In this document: one piece after another, positions 1 to 12,316 of the stretch
Layout: the number at the start of each line of letters is the position of its first letter
How positions within the stretch are numbered: the stretch's first letter is position 1
Source: Protoeuglena noctilucae
Lineage: Eukaryota
Reading direction: 5' to 3'
Assembly (NCBI GenBank): GCA_958009085.1
Contig: OY253681.1
Coordinates: 930,001-994,000 of the forward strand
DNA: 64,000 nucleotides
Translations under genes and position numbers: made by a program
The notes under the pieces: generated by a model
Told to the model about the DNA's origin: nothing
The model's database searches: none
Seen by the model: only the letters and a program-made list of their open reading frames with translations

Positions 1-2875
1 GTGTCGATGCTCTGCGCCAAGTTCCCCGCTCTGGAGGCCGACCGGGGGCCGGGGCTGCTACCCGCCATGTACCTGTGAGTCGACACGTGCTTGTGCGCTC
101 TGCTTGTCACTTCATGTACCTGTGAGTCGACATCTGCTTGTCTCTTGTGTACCTGAGTCGCACTGCTGGTTGCCCCATGTACCTGTGGGTGTACGTGCCA
201 TGTACTACACGGTTGTCAACAGCAACCTCCGACATCCCGTCATCATCTCCCACTCCTCCCTCCCCCTCCCTTCGCCCCCAGCCCCTCCCTCCAATTCCTC
301 GACTCCCACTGGGACGTCGTGCGCCAGGCCGCCAAGCAGCTGAGCGTCCCCCTCGGCCCCACCAACGCAGCGGGGGAGCTCACCTTCTTCCCAGGCGTCC
401 CCGTCTCCACCCTCCAGGCGTTTTTGTCAGCAGCCTCCCAGCAGGCGTTCCTGCCCTGGGCAGACGCCCACGTCCGCGCCCTCGTGGCCGCCGCCACCGA
501 CCCACGCGGCAGCCTCCCCGCCAGGTTCACTGGTGTTATCCGGGACACCACTGTGATGGGAGCAGCGGCCGCCATTGCCGGCCGCCCCGCTCCAGCCGTC
601 GCCCCCCGCCCCTCCCTCGGCCCCAACCCCGCGCCGTCTGTGGGCGCCCCGTCGGTGTCGAATGTCGACTCGCTTTCGCGACTCGCCCCGCCGGGCGCCG
701 CCGGGCCCAGGCGCGGGGCGGGGTCGGCGTCGGCGTTAGAGGCCGCGGCGTGGGCAGCGCGGTCGGTCGAGGCGTGGGTGGCGGGGGTGCCGGACCAGCG
801 CGACGCGCTGACAGCCGTGCTCAAGACGGCCGCGGGGCAGGTGGCGGCGGCGGCGCGGCAGGCGGCGGCGGCGCTGTCCGGGGGCACGCGTGCGGCGCGG
901 CTGGCCGAGGAGCTGTCCGTGCACCTGGCTGCCGAGGAGGCGTCGCGGGTGGGAGGGTCCGAGTCGCACGCGGCGTCGTGCGCGGTGGCGGAGGCGGTGG
1001 TGGGGGGCGCGCCCGTGGGGCCGTCGGACGTGCAGGCGACGCCGCAGGGAGTGGTGGCGGTGGCGGCGCTGGGGGCAGCGGCGGAGGAGCTGAGCGGGAC
1101 GCTGGGCGCCGTGGGGTCGGTGTCGTTCATGGCCGCCGCCGTGCAGGCGCTGGGGCTGGGGGACCTGCTGCAAGGGGCGTGGCAGCCGCTGAGCGTGAGC
1201 CCGGAGAAGGGGCTGGTGCGCGTGGGGGCGGGGGTGCCGGGGATGGCCGAGGCGCTGAGGCCCGCGGCGGGTGAGGGAACGAGGATCGCTGATATGAGAG
1301 AGATTGGATATGGCGAGGGCTGGGGTTTGATGTAGATGGGGCGTGTCACTGGTGCATTGTGGGCGGACGGGATTGTTCACCCAGCATGGCACGAGCTCGC
1401 CAGTGCTTTGGCCGTGTGACCATTGACATGTAATGCCCTCCCCGCAGAGTCCCTCCGTCAGCTGGCCACGTCGCTGTTCCGCACCGCGCGCCTGGAGATG
1501 GCCTGCCGCACCGCGCTGCACCTGGAGCCCTGCGTGACCAAGCCCCATGGGGCAGCGCCCCTGGCCCCCGCGGTGGATGAGTCGGTGCTGAGGCTGCTGG
1601 CGTTTGCGGGGGCGGTGGCGTCTGGCATGAACGCGCTGCCGGCCATACGCGAGGGCGTGGCGCCGCAGGTGATGGGCCTGGTGGGGCCCGTCGCGGCCCA
1701 TGCGGTGGCGCACGGGGTGGCGCGGGCGCCGGAGGTCACGCCCGGGGGGGTGCAGCGGCTGCTGTGGAGCCTGGGGGCGCTGTCAAGGGCGCTGGAGGAG
1801 ATGCCGAGGTGGAAGGTGAGGGAGGTGGGAGAGATGAGATGAGTGAGAGATGAGAGATGCCGAGGTGGAAGGTGAGGGAGTGCGAGATGAGAGATGAGAA
1901 GAGATGCTTTGGTGGAAGGTGAGAGGGGCTTGAGAGTAGAAGAGATGAGAGGAGATGCCAGAGTGGAAGGCCGCACATTCCATAACACCACCAGCCCTCC
2001 CACCCTCCCTCGCACTCTTCATACCCCTAACCCCCACACCCTTGCCTTCTTCGCCGCACCCAGGAATCGGAGGGCTCTCTGGAGTCGTCCCTCCAGGCCC
2101 TCGTGGCAGCCAAGACTCTCTGCGAGCTCACACTACGCCCTCCAGCCCAGGCGGCTGCCAGCGCATCATCGGTGTTTCGGGAGTTTGGGGCGGGGGGCGC
2201 GGCGGTGGTGCTGTCTGCCAAAGTGCGGGGGAGGGCGGTGGCGGAGAGGGACTGGCAGACGCTGGCCAGGTGAGGGGCGGGATGGTGGTAGGGTGTCCCT
2301 GTGTGTCCCTGTTGAGGCAAGAAATGACACTGTTTACTAAGTTAGAGTCACCCGATTGTTTCACACAGCACAGCCCACTGCTATTCTATTGAGTCACTGT
2401 CACCGCACCTCTCCTCTCGCGACCACCCCTGGCCCCCTCCCCTGTCCCCAGGATCACGGGCGTGCCGTGGGCGCGGATGCAGGCCCACATGGAGGGCCGG
2501 GGGCAGCCACTGCCGTGGACACCCCCAGCCACGACATCCCAGGCCGTGGCGCAAGCAGTGAGGGAGGCGGCAGACGCAGTCAATGCAGCCGCCACACACG
2601 CGGTCTCTGCCATTCGGGACCTGGGGGCCTCGGCGCTGAAGGAGATCCAGGACAGCAGCGGCGCGGTGCATGGGGTGGTGCACGGGGTGGTGCAGGGCGT
2701 GGTGCACGGAGTGGCGCAAGGCGTGGCGGGGTGGGGAGGCGGGGATGCGGACGGTGGGGGCGGGGGCGGGGTTGCGGGGAGGGCTGGGGTGCGTGGCGCG
2801 GTAGGGCTCAGCCGGGGCGGCGGCAGCGGCGCCTCGGCGTTGCGGGAGAGCAGCGCGGCACGGCCCCGGGGATGA
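1..2875 (+). CDS. Exocyst subunit Sec8/EXOC4-like protein, 3' part (5' end outside window); exons approx. 1-74, 282-1271, 1448-1815, 2063-2268, 2452-2875
   Basis: GT-AG splicing keeps the frame. Spliced peptides 'AMYLPSLQFLD', 'LQAFLSAASQQAFLP', 'LFRTARLEMACRTALHL', 'GVQRLLWSLGAL' and 'VLSAKVRGRAV' resemble, from memory, successive segments of the plant Sec8 C-terminal half. TGA at 2873-2875. Confidence 0.5.
66..200 (+). repeat. Degenerate tandem copies of CATGTACCTGTGAGTCG (exon end + splice donor) in an intron
   Basis: Copies begin near 66, 114, 147 and 176; the first spans the functional donor at 75. Confidence 0.8.
1797..1970 (+). repeat. Tandem copies of GAGATGCCGAGGTGGAAGGTGAG (exon end + donor) mixed with GAGAT microsatellite
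   Basis: Copies near 1798, 1854, 1901 and 1952; the first spans the donor at 1816. Confidence 0.8.
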
Positions 2876-3177
2876 GTCCGGGTGGGATGGCGTGTGTGTG
2901 TGGGTTTGAGATGGCGCGTCTCATGACACGACAGTTACCCATGCCGGCTGTGGTCCTTGTGTCTTGCTTCGCACACGCTCGCTGGTGACAGGTAGATGGG
3001 CATGCGCGATTGAAAGCAGAGGGTTTGATTGACATTGCGAGGGGCGCACGCACGCCATGCAGGCACAGCCACGACAGCGCCGGCATCAGCACCTGCATGA
3101 GCAATTGCTCAGCAGTCGCACCGACACCACTGAAAGACGAGGTCAGGCGTGCGCATCCCCACTAAGACACGCTGGAG

Positions 3178-3311
3178 AAGGGCGACGTGGTCTTTGCTTC
3201 CCCACTTTCCCCTCACGCGATCCTCTTGATGATGTGACGTTGCAGAAGGGGCGACGTGATCACTGCTTCCCCACCCTCTCATTCATCTCACGCGATCCTC
3301 TTGATGATGTG
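3178..3311 (-). repeat. Direct duplication of the last codons, stop codon and proximal 3'UTR of the parvulin gene
   Basis: GAAGGGGCGACGTG...TGCTTCCCCAC...TCACGCGATCCTCTTGATGATGTG occurs at about 3178-3236 and 3245-3311. Confidence 0.85.
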
Positions 3312-4791
3312 CACGCCCGAGTCGGTGTCCACGACCCCGCTCATTTCCCCCACGCGCAGAGCGAAGGAGGCGTCCTCGAATGGCCTCTGCATCTGGCCCC
3401 GCGTGAAGAACCCCAGGTCGCCGCCCTTGGATGCCGAGGAGCAGTCGGACTCGGTACGGGCCAGGTCCTCGAAAGACACCTGGGGGTGGATTACCGAACA
3501 TACGGGTGGTGAAGAAATGGGCAGCGGGTTTAGGAGGGGTGGCCATCAGTACCTGTAGCGAACATGCATGTCTTGCCCACCCTCGCTCACTTCCTCCCTC
3601 CCACTCCCCTCACCTCCCCGCTCTCGATGCTCATCTCACTTTCCCCACTCCTCTCACCTCCCTGTCCCAACGCCACCCACCCTCCCTTCCTCCCTCCCAC
3701 TCCCCTCACCTCCCCACTCTCACTGCCACCCTCCCTCCCTCCCACTCCCCTCACCTCCCCGCTCTTGATGCTCATCTCACTCTCCCCACTCCCCTCACCT
3801 CCCCGCTCTCACTGCCACCCTCCCTCCCTCCCACTCCCCTCACCTCCCCGCTCTCGATGCGCTGCCGGTATGACGCCAGCATCTCCAGCGCCTCCTCCTT
3901 GGTCCGCGTGATCTGAGGGGACTTCCAGGACGAGGGGCGACGAGAGCCACGGTGCTTGACGAGCAGGTGCAAGCAACGCACCGACTGCAGCCAGGGCATG
4001 AGGGGCCAGGGTGAGGGTCAGGTGGGTGCGTCTGTATCGACAGGGTCTCAAATGGGTGCGCCGCCTCGCCTCGGGTTCCGCGCCGGCCATCTTCTGTCGC
4101 TTGGGAGCGGGGACGTCCGAGGGGTGGGCCTCCGCTGGGGCCTTGACGGTCTTCTTGCCTGGTGACTTCTCAGACCCCGAACTGGGGAGCGAGACCCTGC
4201 GGCGCGAAACGAAGACCCGCGCGTGCATTGATGTGCTTGCGATTCGTTTCGCGACACACAATTAGGCCCTGGGAACGCGCGAGCGCACCTGAAGGCGTCG
4301 GGCCACTTGCCAAACCGCAGCAGCGCCCCGTTCGCGAGCTCCTTGGGCTTGTTCGCCGGCACGGGGGCCCCGTTGATGGTGGTCCCGTGCGTCGACTTGA
4401 GGTCTACGACGTAAAGCCGGCCGTTCTCGTGGAACGCGACTGCGGCGTGCTCCTTGCTGACGGTCTTGTCGTCGGTTATCACGTCGCAGAGCTCCGCCAC
4501 GCGCCCGACGATGGTCGCTGGCTTCTGCGGGGACAAGGATCCCGCAAAGCTCACGAGCGATCTCTCTGAGACCAAGCCGGGGCATGGGCGGGCCGCCCAG
4601 GCGCGTGAGCAGCGGGAACGTGCGAGCTGACAACGCTGCGCTCCCGGTGACCCCGCGGGCCGCAGGGACGCAGGCCTCACCTCCAGAGGGATAGCCTCGA
4701 CGTCCACGCCGCCCTGAACGCGGATGAGCTTGGTCCCGGCGATAGGTTGCGAGAGCCAGCGTTGGGGTTTCCACTGCCGGTGATGGCTCAT
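3288..4791 (-). CDS. FHA domain + Pin1-type parvulin peptidyl-prolyl cis-trans isomerase (5 exons)
   Basis: FHA motifs 'IVGR...VSKEHA...[12 protein letters not shown]'. Parvulin motifs '[20 protein letters not shown]' and '[31 protein letters not shown]...SGVHII'. One intron needs a GC donor at 4069. Confidence 0.92.
3590..3860 (-). repeat. Intronic minisatellite built from exon end + donor (GAGAGCGGGGAG|GTGAGGGGAGTGGGAGGGAGG), about 5-6 copies
   Basis: CCCACTCCCCTCACCTCCCCGCTCT recurs near 3600, 3696, 3741, 3786 and 3830, with a degenerate copy near 3645. Confidence 0.85.
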
Positions 4792-5161
4792 CGAGGTCCG
4801 AGGCCCCGTCCCCTGGATTCCCGCACGTCGCTATTCTTGCCAGCAGGGCATCGACGACGCTCTCAACCGCAGGCGTCCCATCCTGCCAGAAAACAGCAGC
4901 CTCTGACTGGCACTGAAGGGGCTTCACGGGACAAGCCTCTAATCGATAATTCCTGACCCCGGCTGCTGCGCGTCCTGCTGTATTGCTTGTCCCATCACAC
5001 AAACTTCTGGACACAGCACCGCGCGTCTCCAAGTTGCTCGTATCGGCGAGAGAAAACAATTCATAACTGGATCAGGACGGGGGGCGTCGGCCCGGAGCCC
5101 GGGACTCGTTGAATCGCGCCGGGGGGGGGGGCGGTGGAGGGTGCGCGTCGCCGTGGCCACC

Positions 5162-6077
5162 ATGGAGGGCCCGTCGGCCAGCAAACGCGTCAAGTTGCGG
5201 GAGGGTGCAGAGGAGGAGATGGACGTGCCGATAGAGGGCGCGTCCATCTGCCCCGTGTGTCTGCAGATGGTGAGACGCGCAGCCGCCGCTCCGCCATCCT
5301 CGCCAGTCCCGCGCGCGGTCCCTCCGGCCACCTCGCCACCTCCTCGCTCGCAGGGCGTCGAGCTCAAGTACCGGACGCGGGTCCCGTGGTTCCGCGGCGG
5401 CACAATCATTACGCTGAAGTCCTTTGACTGCCAGTCCTGCCAATTCAGCAACAAGGAGTGCAGCCCTGGTGCGGCGCGCCCCGCAGCTTGCAGCGAAATG
5501 ATGTGAGCTAGCCTTCCCCGCCTCGTCCGCGCCAACCCGAGGCCTCCCCGCCCCCCGCAGTGGGCGCCGCGCCGGCCAAGGGCGTCCGCTGCTGCCTGCG
5601 CGTGCCCAAGGGCGCGGAGGGCCTCGTGCACCAGAAGCGCGAGCTCATCAAGTCGGAATTCGCGTCCCTGGAGATCCCGGAGATTGGCTTCGAGATGCCC
5701 GCGCGCACCGACAAGGGCATCATGTGGAGCATCGAGAAGGTGCTTGAGACTGCCAGGCGCAATCTCCGCACCATGCTGGGCGGGGACAGCGGGGAGGAGA
5801 TCGGGGCCTTCCTGAACAAGCTCGAAGACGTCATGGTGAGGGCCCGCACCTGCCCCGCTTCACGCGTGGGTGGCGGTGACCTGGGTGCGCGACTAAGGCA
5901 CAGCGCCCTGGGTCGCCGTTGCAGTACGGCGACTGCGAGTGGTCGCTGGTGGTGGACGACCCCTCTGGCAACTCGTTCATCGAGCCCAACGGCAGCGTGG
6001 AGGCGGACCAGGTGCTGACGGTGGAAGAGTACGAGCCGACCGAGGAGCAGCGGAGGTGGATGACCGCCGGGCAGTGA
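5162..6077 (+). CDS. ZPR1-family zinc-finger protein, single ZnF + A/B module (4 exons)
   Basis: CPVC...CQSC zinc finger, 'SLEIPEIGFEMP' and 'LVVDDPSGNSFIEP'. Three GT-AG introns (donors 5270, 5469, 5836). TGA at 6075-6077. Confidence 0.88.
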
Positions 6078-6599
6078 GCAGCGAGGGTGCATGGGTGGCC
6101 GCGGGGCAGTGAGCAGTGAGCAGCGGAGGCAGTGAGCGGGGGTGCATGCATGGGTGGCCGCGGGGCAGTTAGGGAGCCTAACCGTTGCACGCTACGTTTC
6201 AAACGCACCAACAGCGCCTGCTGCTAGCACGGCGGGCTTCGCTCCTAGTGCGGGTGGTGGGCAGGGACGGCGTGGGCGCAGACAAGGGCAGTGGTTATTA
6301 CCTAGCCGCGGCGGGGGCTGCCCGGGCGGCGTGCGGGGGAATCTGTCACCGAAAGAGTCTCAACGGGCGCGGGCCTGGACAGAGCGAGTGGAAACACTTG
6401 TTTGACAGACACACGGGCACGATGCGAGGAATGGCCTCGATCCACGGCCCCTCCTCAGCGCGACTCGCGCCGCGCGTCATGCGGGGGCCGCTTCATGGTG
6501 AGGCGAAGAGAGCCCTGGCGGGCCAAGCGCAGCGAGCAGGGGAGTTGGACAACTCTCGCGCCGACGAAGCGCAGGTGGGCCACTGCATCGCCGCTTGCG

Positions 6600-9500
6600 T
6601 CAGGCGCGGGCGGTGGCGGTGGCCTTGGGGGTGGTGCACTCGTCGACCAGGTACACCAGCCCGCGGAAGTTGATGCCCGAGTGGTTGGACAGGGACATCT
6701 CGCAGGTGCGGGAGGTGGAGTAGCCGTCGCGGCAGTCGGCAGACACGGCCAGGTGCTGCAGGGAGGCGCCCGTCAGCTCCGGGTACCGCATGCCCCGGTC
6801 GCCGGCCATGCCGCAGCAGGGCACGCCCGAGGGGTGGACGCGGTGGGCGCAGAGGGACGCGACCTTCATGAAGGCCTCCTCAATGCCCATCTTCTTGGAG
6901 GAGCAGGGTACGTGGATCGCCACCGACTCCTGCAGGTGAAAGGCGGGGGAGGGTGGTGAGGAGGTGCAGGGGTGGGCTGGGGTGGCAGGGGTGGTGCAGC
7001 AGGACACGCTCGCCGCCTTCTCCTGCTAATCTGCATCTTTCTTCTAAAATGACGTCTCTACCCCTGTATAGACACTCGCCTTCTTCTTCTCAAAGTCGAG
7101 CTTGTCGAGGAGGAAGTGCCGGATGAACTCGACCGGCTCGTAGAGGGCGAAGCGCAGGGCGGGGTCCGAGAGGGACTGCTTGACCTGCATCAGGCAGGGG
7201 CTCGTGTCCATGACAATGGGGATCTTGCCGTTGTCCGATGCCTTGAGCAGGACGCGCTCCAGGTCCGAGCACTTGACGGCCGCCGCCTCCTTGAACCCAC
7301 GGCTGTTGAAGAGCATCCCGCAGCACTGGCTCTCGATGCCCTCGGGGACAATCACCTGGGGGGGAGTGGGAGAAGGGGTGGTGGGTGGGTCAGTGGGGCG
7401 AGTTGTGAAGCCATCACTGCACTTGCACGGTCGCCGCATCACGGCAGCCGGCATCTCGTAACGAAGACACAGCGAACATGAGAACACCCCTTCACACACA
7501 CGCTGCGTCGTCTCACCTCGTACCCCGCCTTGGCGAACAGCGACATGAGCTTCTCGTGCACCGACTCGGTCTCGTTGTCGCCCCTGGCCGGCCCCATCAT
7601 GCGCGTCACGCACGCGGGGGCGTACACCACCTTGCGGGGGATGCCCCGCGCCTGCTCGGGCGCCGGCGCCGGCTTGGGGGGCGCCCGCAGCTTCGCGGCC
7701 CCCTTGGGCATGAAGGGGTTCCACTCCGGCACATAGTGGTCGGATGCCCTGTTGACGGCACGCGAGATGGCCTGGAGCGGCCGGGGCCCCACGATGCCGT
7801 GGGCCAGGTCGACGGCGTTGAGGAAGGCGGGGACGGCGCGGGAGAACGCCCCGAAGTTGTTGGCGACGGCCATAGCCGCGGACGATGCAGTGCGCCACTC
7901 GGACACTTGCTCCGCCCGCACCGACTTGACCAGCTCCCCCGTGTTGATCTTGACCGGGCACTTCTCCTGGCACATGCCGTCCGCCGCGCACGTCTGCTCG
8001 CCCTGGTAGGCCCAGCTGGACTCGAAGTCACGCAGGCGCGCGTCCTCCTCGGCGGTGCGGGACTCCAGGGAACGCAGCCTGGGGGTGAGAGGGTGAGGGG
8101 TGAGGGGTGAGGAGTGGTGGTGAGGGAAGGGATGCAGGTGAGGGGTGGTGAGGGTGGTGGTGGTAAAGGGTGACGGGGGTGGTGAGAGTGGTGAGGGTGA
8201 CGGCACAGCCAAGTGCCGGTCTGCAGCAGCGACTGTGCCGACCCATATCCCAACCCCGCCCCTTTCCCCCACCTGGCGATTTCCCGGTAGGTGGTGATGC
8301 GCTGCCGCGGCGTGAGCGTGACGTCCCGGGAGGGGCAGTTGCTCTCGCAGAAGCCGCACTCGATGCAGCGGTTGACGAGGTCCGAGGCGGCCGGGCTGGG
8401 CTTAAGGAACTTGATGTGGGCGTCGGGGTCGCGGTTGAGGATCACCCCCGGGTTGAGGACAAAGGTGGGGTCAAAGAGGCCCTTGAGCGTCCACATGAGC
8501 TCCGTGGCCTTGGTGCCCCACTCCATCTCCACGAACGGCGCCACGTTGCGCCCCGTGCCGTGCTCGGCCTTGAGGCTCCCGCTGTGCTTGGTGGCCACGA
8601 TGTGGCACATCTCCTCCATCATGTCGCGGAACCGCTGCACCTCCTCGGGCGTCCGGAAGCCCTGGCTGAACACCAGGTGCAGGTTGCCCTCGAGCGCGTG
8701 CCCGAAGCACGACGCGTCGTCGTAGCCGTACTTCTGGAACATCTGGATCAGGTCCACCGTCATGTCGCCCAGCTTGTCCACGGGGCACGCCACGTCCTCA
8801 ATCAGCATGCTCGTGCCTGGGAAGGGGGGAGTCAAAGCAGAACATGAAAGGTTTGCTTACAAGGACGGCATTGCTTCCATACCCCCGTTAACCATCGCAG
8901 CGACCCTGCAGTGTCCCAGCCCCTCACCCGTCTCACGGCCCCCGCCCACGATGGGGATGAGCCCCTTGCGCACGTCCCAGTAGACCTTGTACTCTGCGGG
9001 GTTCTCCGTGAACACATACTCCTCAATCTGCGAAGCACCGAAACACAGAGGGACAGGCTCGTCACGTCTCGCACGGACGTCCTCCCAACACAAGTCACTA
9101 TTCGCAACCGACCAACCACTCCGTTTGCATTGACAGCATCTAGTTCCAACCTCCCCAGCCAGTTGTCCATACCACTCCCACCCCTGCCCCCGCACCCCCC
9201 GCACGCCCCATGCCACGCCCACCTTGCGCGGCCGTGCCGCCGTGCACCCTAAGGGCAGCTTGGCGCGCGTAATGGCCTTCTGCACGTCCGCGATCGACTC
9301 GTGCAGCGCCTGCGCGCTGTGACCCCGGCACTCCACCAGCAGCCCCGCCGCCATATCGTCTGCCGTCTTGACTCCGTCCACCAGCCGCACGAACTCCTCA
9401 TTCGACTCGCACTCCCTCAGGGACGCGCGGTCGAAGAGCTCCACGGCGTCCACGGCCGTCTCGTCCCTGCGACAAGGGTGGGGATGGGGTGCCATGGGGT

Positions 9501-11633
9501 GCGGTATGCGTGTACGCAAGGCGGTGCTGAGGAGAGGGGCCATGGGGTGGAAAAAGCAGGAACAGATGCAAGACATGGAAGAGGCACAAACACTGATCGA
9601 CCACTTTGTCTGTGTTGTGCACCGTGGAGACCCCCGCCACTGGCTCCATCGACGCACAGCTTCCGCAACACCCCGCCCTCTTCCACCCCACTCACCGGAG
9701 CACCGATGCGGCCCGGCACGCGGACATGATGTCCGGGAAGATGATGAAGGCGGAGGCCTTGTGTGGCCACTCGGGCACGGTGTTGTAAGTGGCACGAGAC
9801 ACGAACCCCAGCGTGCCCTCGGACCCCACCACCAGGTGCTTGATGATCTCGATGGGCTCATCGGCGGGGAAGTCGACGAGGGCGTTGAGCGAGTAGCCGG
9901 TGGTGCACTTGATGGCGAACTTGCGGCGGATGAGCGCCGTCAGCTGGGCGTCCGCCTGCACACGCCGGGCCAGCTCCGACACCCCACGCAGCAGCTCCCC
10001 GCGGCGCTCGGCGAACGCGGCGCGCGACGCGGGGTCCGCCGTGTCGAGAATAGTGCCGTCCAGGAAGACGATGCGCAGGTCCTTGATCGTGTGGTACGTG
10101 TTCTGCGCAAGCGGCCGTGCTGGGGCGGTGAGCGTGACACATGACAGGTGCAGCAAGCATGCGCTGGGGCCATGCCAGGCGCCCCACTAAGCTAAGCACC
10201 CTTCCATGCAAAAGCGACCTTGCCTGGGACACGCCGCAGCACATGCCCGAGGAGTTGTTGTTGACGATGCCCCCGATCATGCACGAGTCGATGGAGGAGG
10301 GGTCGGGGCCGATCTTGTACTGGACGGGGAAGTTACCCTTCTTCTGGTGCGCCGCCAGGATGCGGTTGACCTCGCCGCCGATCAGACCGGGCTCCACTGC
10401 GGGCGCGAATGGGCGCGACCGATCGCTCCCTCACCATTGCTCACTGCCCCGACACTCACGGGGCCCAAGGGGAGCCCGTGCTCGCAAGCAAGCCCACTTC
10501 CGCATCCATGTACTCACCGGTGATGGTGGATCCGTCCCCGTGGACCTCGTAGTTGCGGAAGTTCTTCCCCGTGTGCGACAGCTTGAGCAGCACCGAGTCC
10601 GTCAGCGCCTGGCCCGACAGCGAGGTCCCCGCGGCCCGGAAGGTCACGGGGACCTGCAGGCGCTGCGCGATCGGCAGGATCCGCGCCACCTCCTCCTCGC
10701 TGTGCACCTTGACGACCATCTTCGGGTTGAGGCGGTAGAAGGAGGCATCCGTGCCGTACGCGAACGTGCGCACCGCGTCCGTGATCTGGCGCTCCTTGGG
10801 GATGAAGGCGGAGATCTCCTCCGCGAACGCCCGGTACCGCCCGTCCTCGAACCTGCGCGCGCGCGGGCGGGGAGGCATCGTCAGCGGGGGACCGGCCAGC
10901 ACGGGCGCCACCAGCTCCTGCCGCTGCGTCTCAGCGCTGCCCGGTGCTCAGGATGCTAGAGAGCATCAGCTGTACGCCGTTGCTGCGCTCCCCGTCCCTC
11001 GCCTGTGCCCATCGAGGTTCTTGTACTCCCCCGACGTCACGGGGGCGTCCAGCCCGTCCGGGAGGACGGAGACCGCCCCGAACTGGTCCACGTACGTGCG
11101 AGGGAGGTCCTCCACCGACTCCTGGATCCTCACCGCTGGGGCCGGCATGGACGCGAACCCGCGGGCGCTGCCCGGCAACCCCTGCAAACCACGGAACGCA
11201 AATGCGCCTGTAGCGAGCCGGGGAGACACCGTCCTTCCGCCAGCGCGCGAGAACGCCAACGTCGCATCCAGAAAGAGGCGCGGAGGGGGCGGAGAGGGCC
11301 CGAGGAGGCGCGAAAATTAGATATGCCGGGCCCCGAGACTCCCCCCGTGCCGCGCGCGGAGGCCCGACAAGCGCGAGCTGGGAGGCGCGGACGGTCGCTC
11401 GACAGCGCTAATGTTGAACTGGAATCGGGGACCGCGGTGGCGAGTCGCGGCGGAGGCCCGGTAGGAGGCTTTCCCCCGGCACTCACCCTGGCCACGCCTG
11501 CGCCGGGGCGCGTCCGCTGCAGGGACTTGCCGATGTTCGTACGACAGCTAGAGGAGGCGGAGAGCCCCGCCTCCTGCCCGAAAAGCCGCCCCACGTCCCC
11601 GCAGAGGCGGGCGATCCGACGCCTGGCCGTCAT
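6600..11633 (-). CDS. FAD-linked, 4Fe-4S/CCG-domain 2-hydroxyacid dehydrogenase (chlorophyte glycolate dehydrogenase / D-lactate dehydrogenase type), about 11 exons; start uncertain (11633 or 11267)
   Basis: FAD-binding 'YGTDASFYRLNP...TFRAAGTSLSGQA', 'GPDPSSIDSCMIGG', 'GSEGTLGF'. FAD-oxidase C-terminal 'GHALEGNLH...KAEHGTGRN'. Ferredoxin motifs 'CIECGFCESNCP' and 'CAADGMCQEKCP'. Two CCG motifs. Confidence 0.93.
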
Positions 11634-12316
11634 GGTGCACGCAAGGCGCGAGCAGGCGATGAGAGAGGCGCTCAGATGCGAGGGGGAGCCGAAGACCGCG
11701 CGGGTGTTCTCGGGGACGGGCAAGGATCGCGGTGTGCCCCTGTCCGCGATGCCTGGCGCGGGGATCCTGGGCGCGCGGACTCAAAGATGACGGATGGTGT
11801 CGCTGGGCGGGGCCCTCGTCCCCGGGATGCGAGTCAACTGACAACACCCGCTGTCGGGCGCCAGAACTGGTAACAACGGGCCGGTCCCCGCTCGCACCCA
11901 CCAGACTCGATCTTGCCTTCCCCCGTACGTCAACACTGAACCCGCTGGGCGTCACAGCAGATCGGGGGAATCATGCTGCTGCTCCGCGCCGCACGGCGAC
12001 GCTTGACCGCGGCCGGTGCGATCTCCGCCGAGGTGAGGCGCGAAAGAGGGCGCTCGGAACGATCGCCCGAGACCACAGCGACGGTCCCGGGGCTTCGGAA
12101 CGCCCATGGTAGGGTTACCTGGGAGGCCGTGTTGTAGGTCGGCCCCGCGTCTCGCGCGGGTCGCGGGCGCCGATCCCGAGCACTTCTGCGTGCGATTTCG
12201 CGCCAATCGCATCGTCTCGATCCAAATTCCGTGGCTGGAGACCCCTGCGCTGTCGGCCCCGACCACTGCGGGGTACCCACTGGTTTCGGTCGCGGCCCGC
12301 GTCGCCCTTGCACCAG

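Noticed and set aside
3590..3860. CRISPR-like appearance of spaced repeats
   Set aside because: Spacers are not unique, units are low-complexity copies of a splice junction inside a eukaryotic intron, and no cas genes are present.
8080..8200. GGTGA/GGGGT-rich repeats resembling telomeric or G-quadruplex sequence
   Set aside because: Irregular low-complexity tract at an intron 3' end, not a regular telomere repeat.
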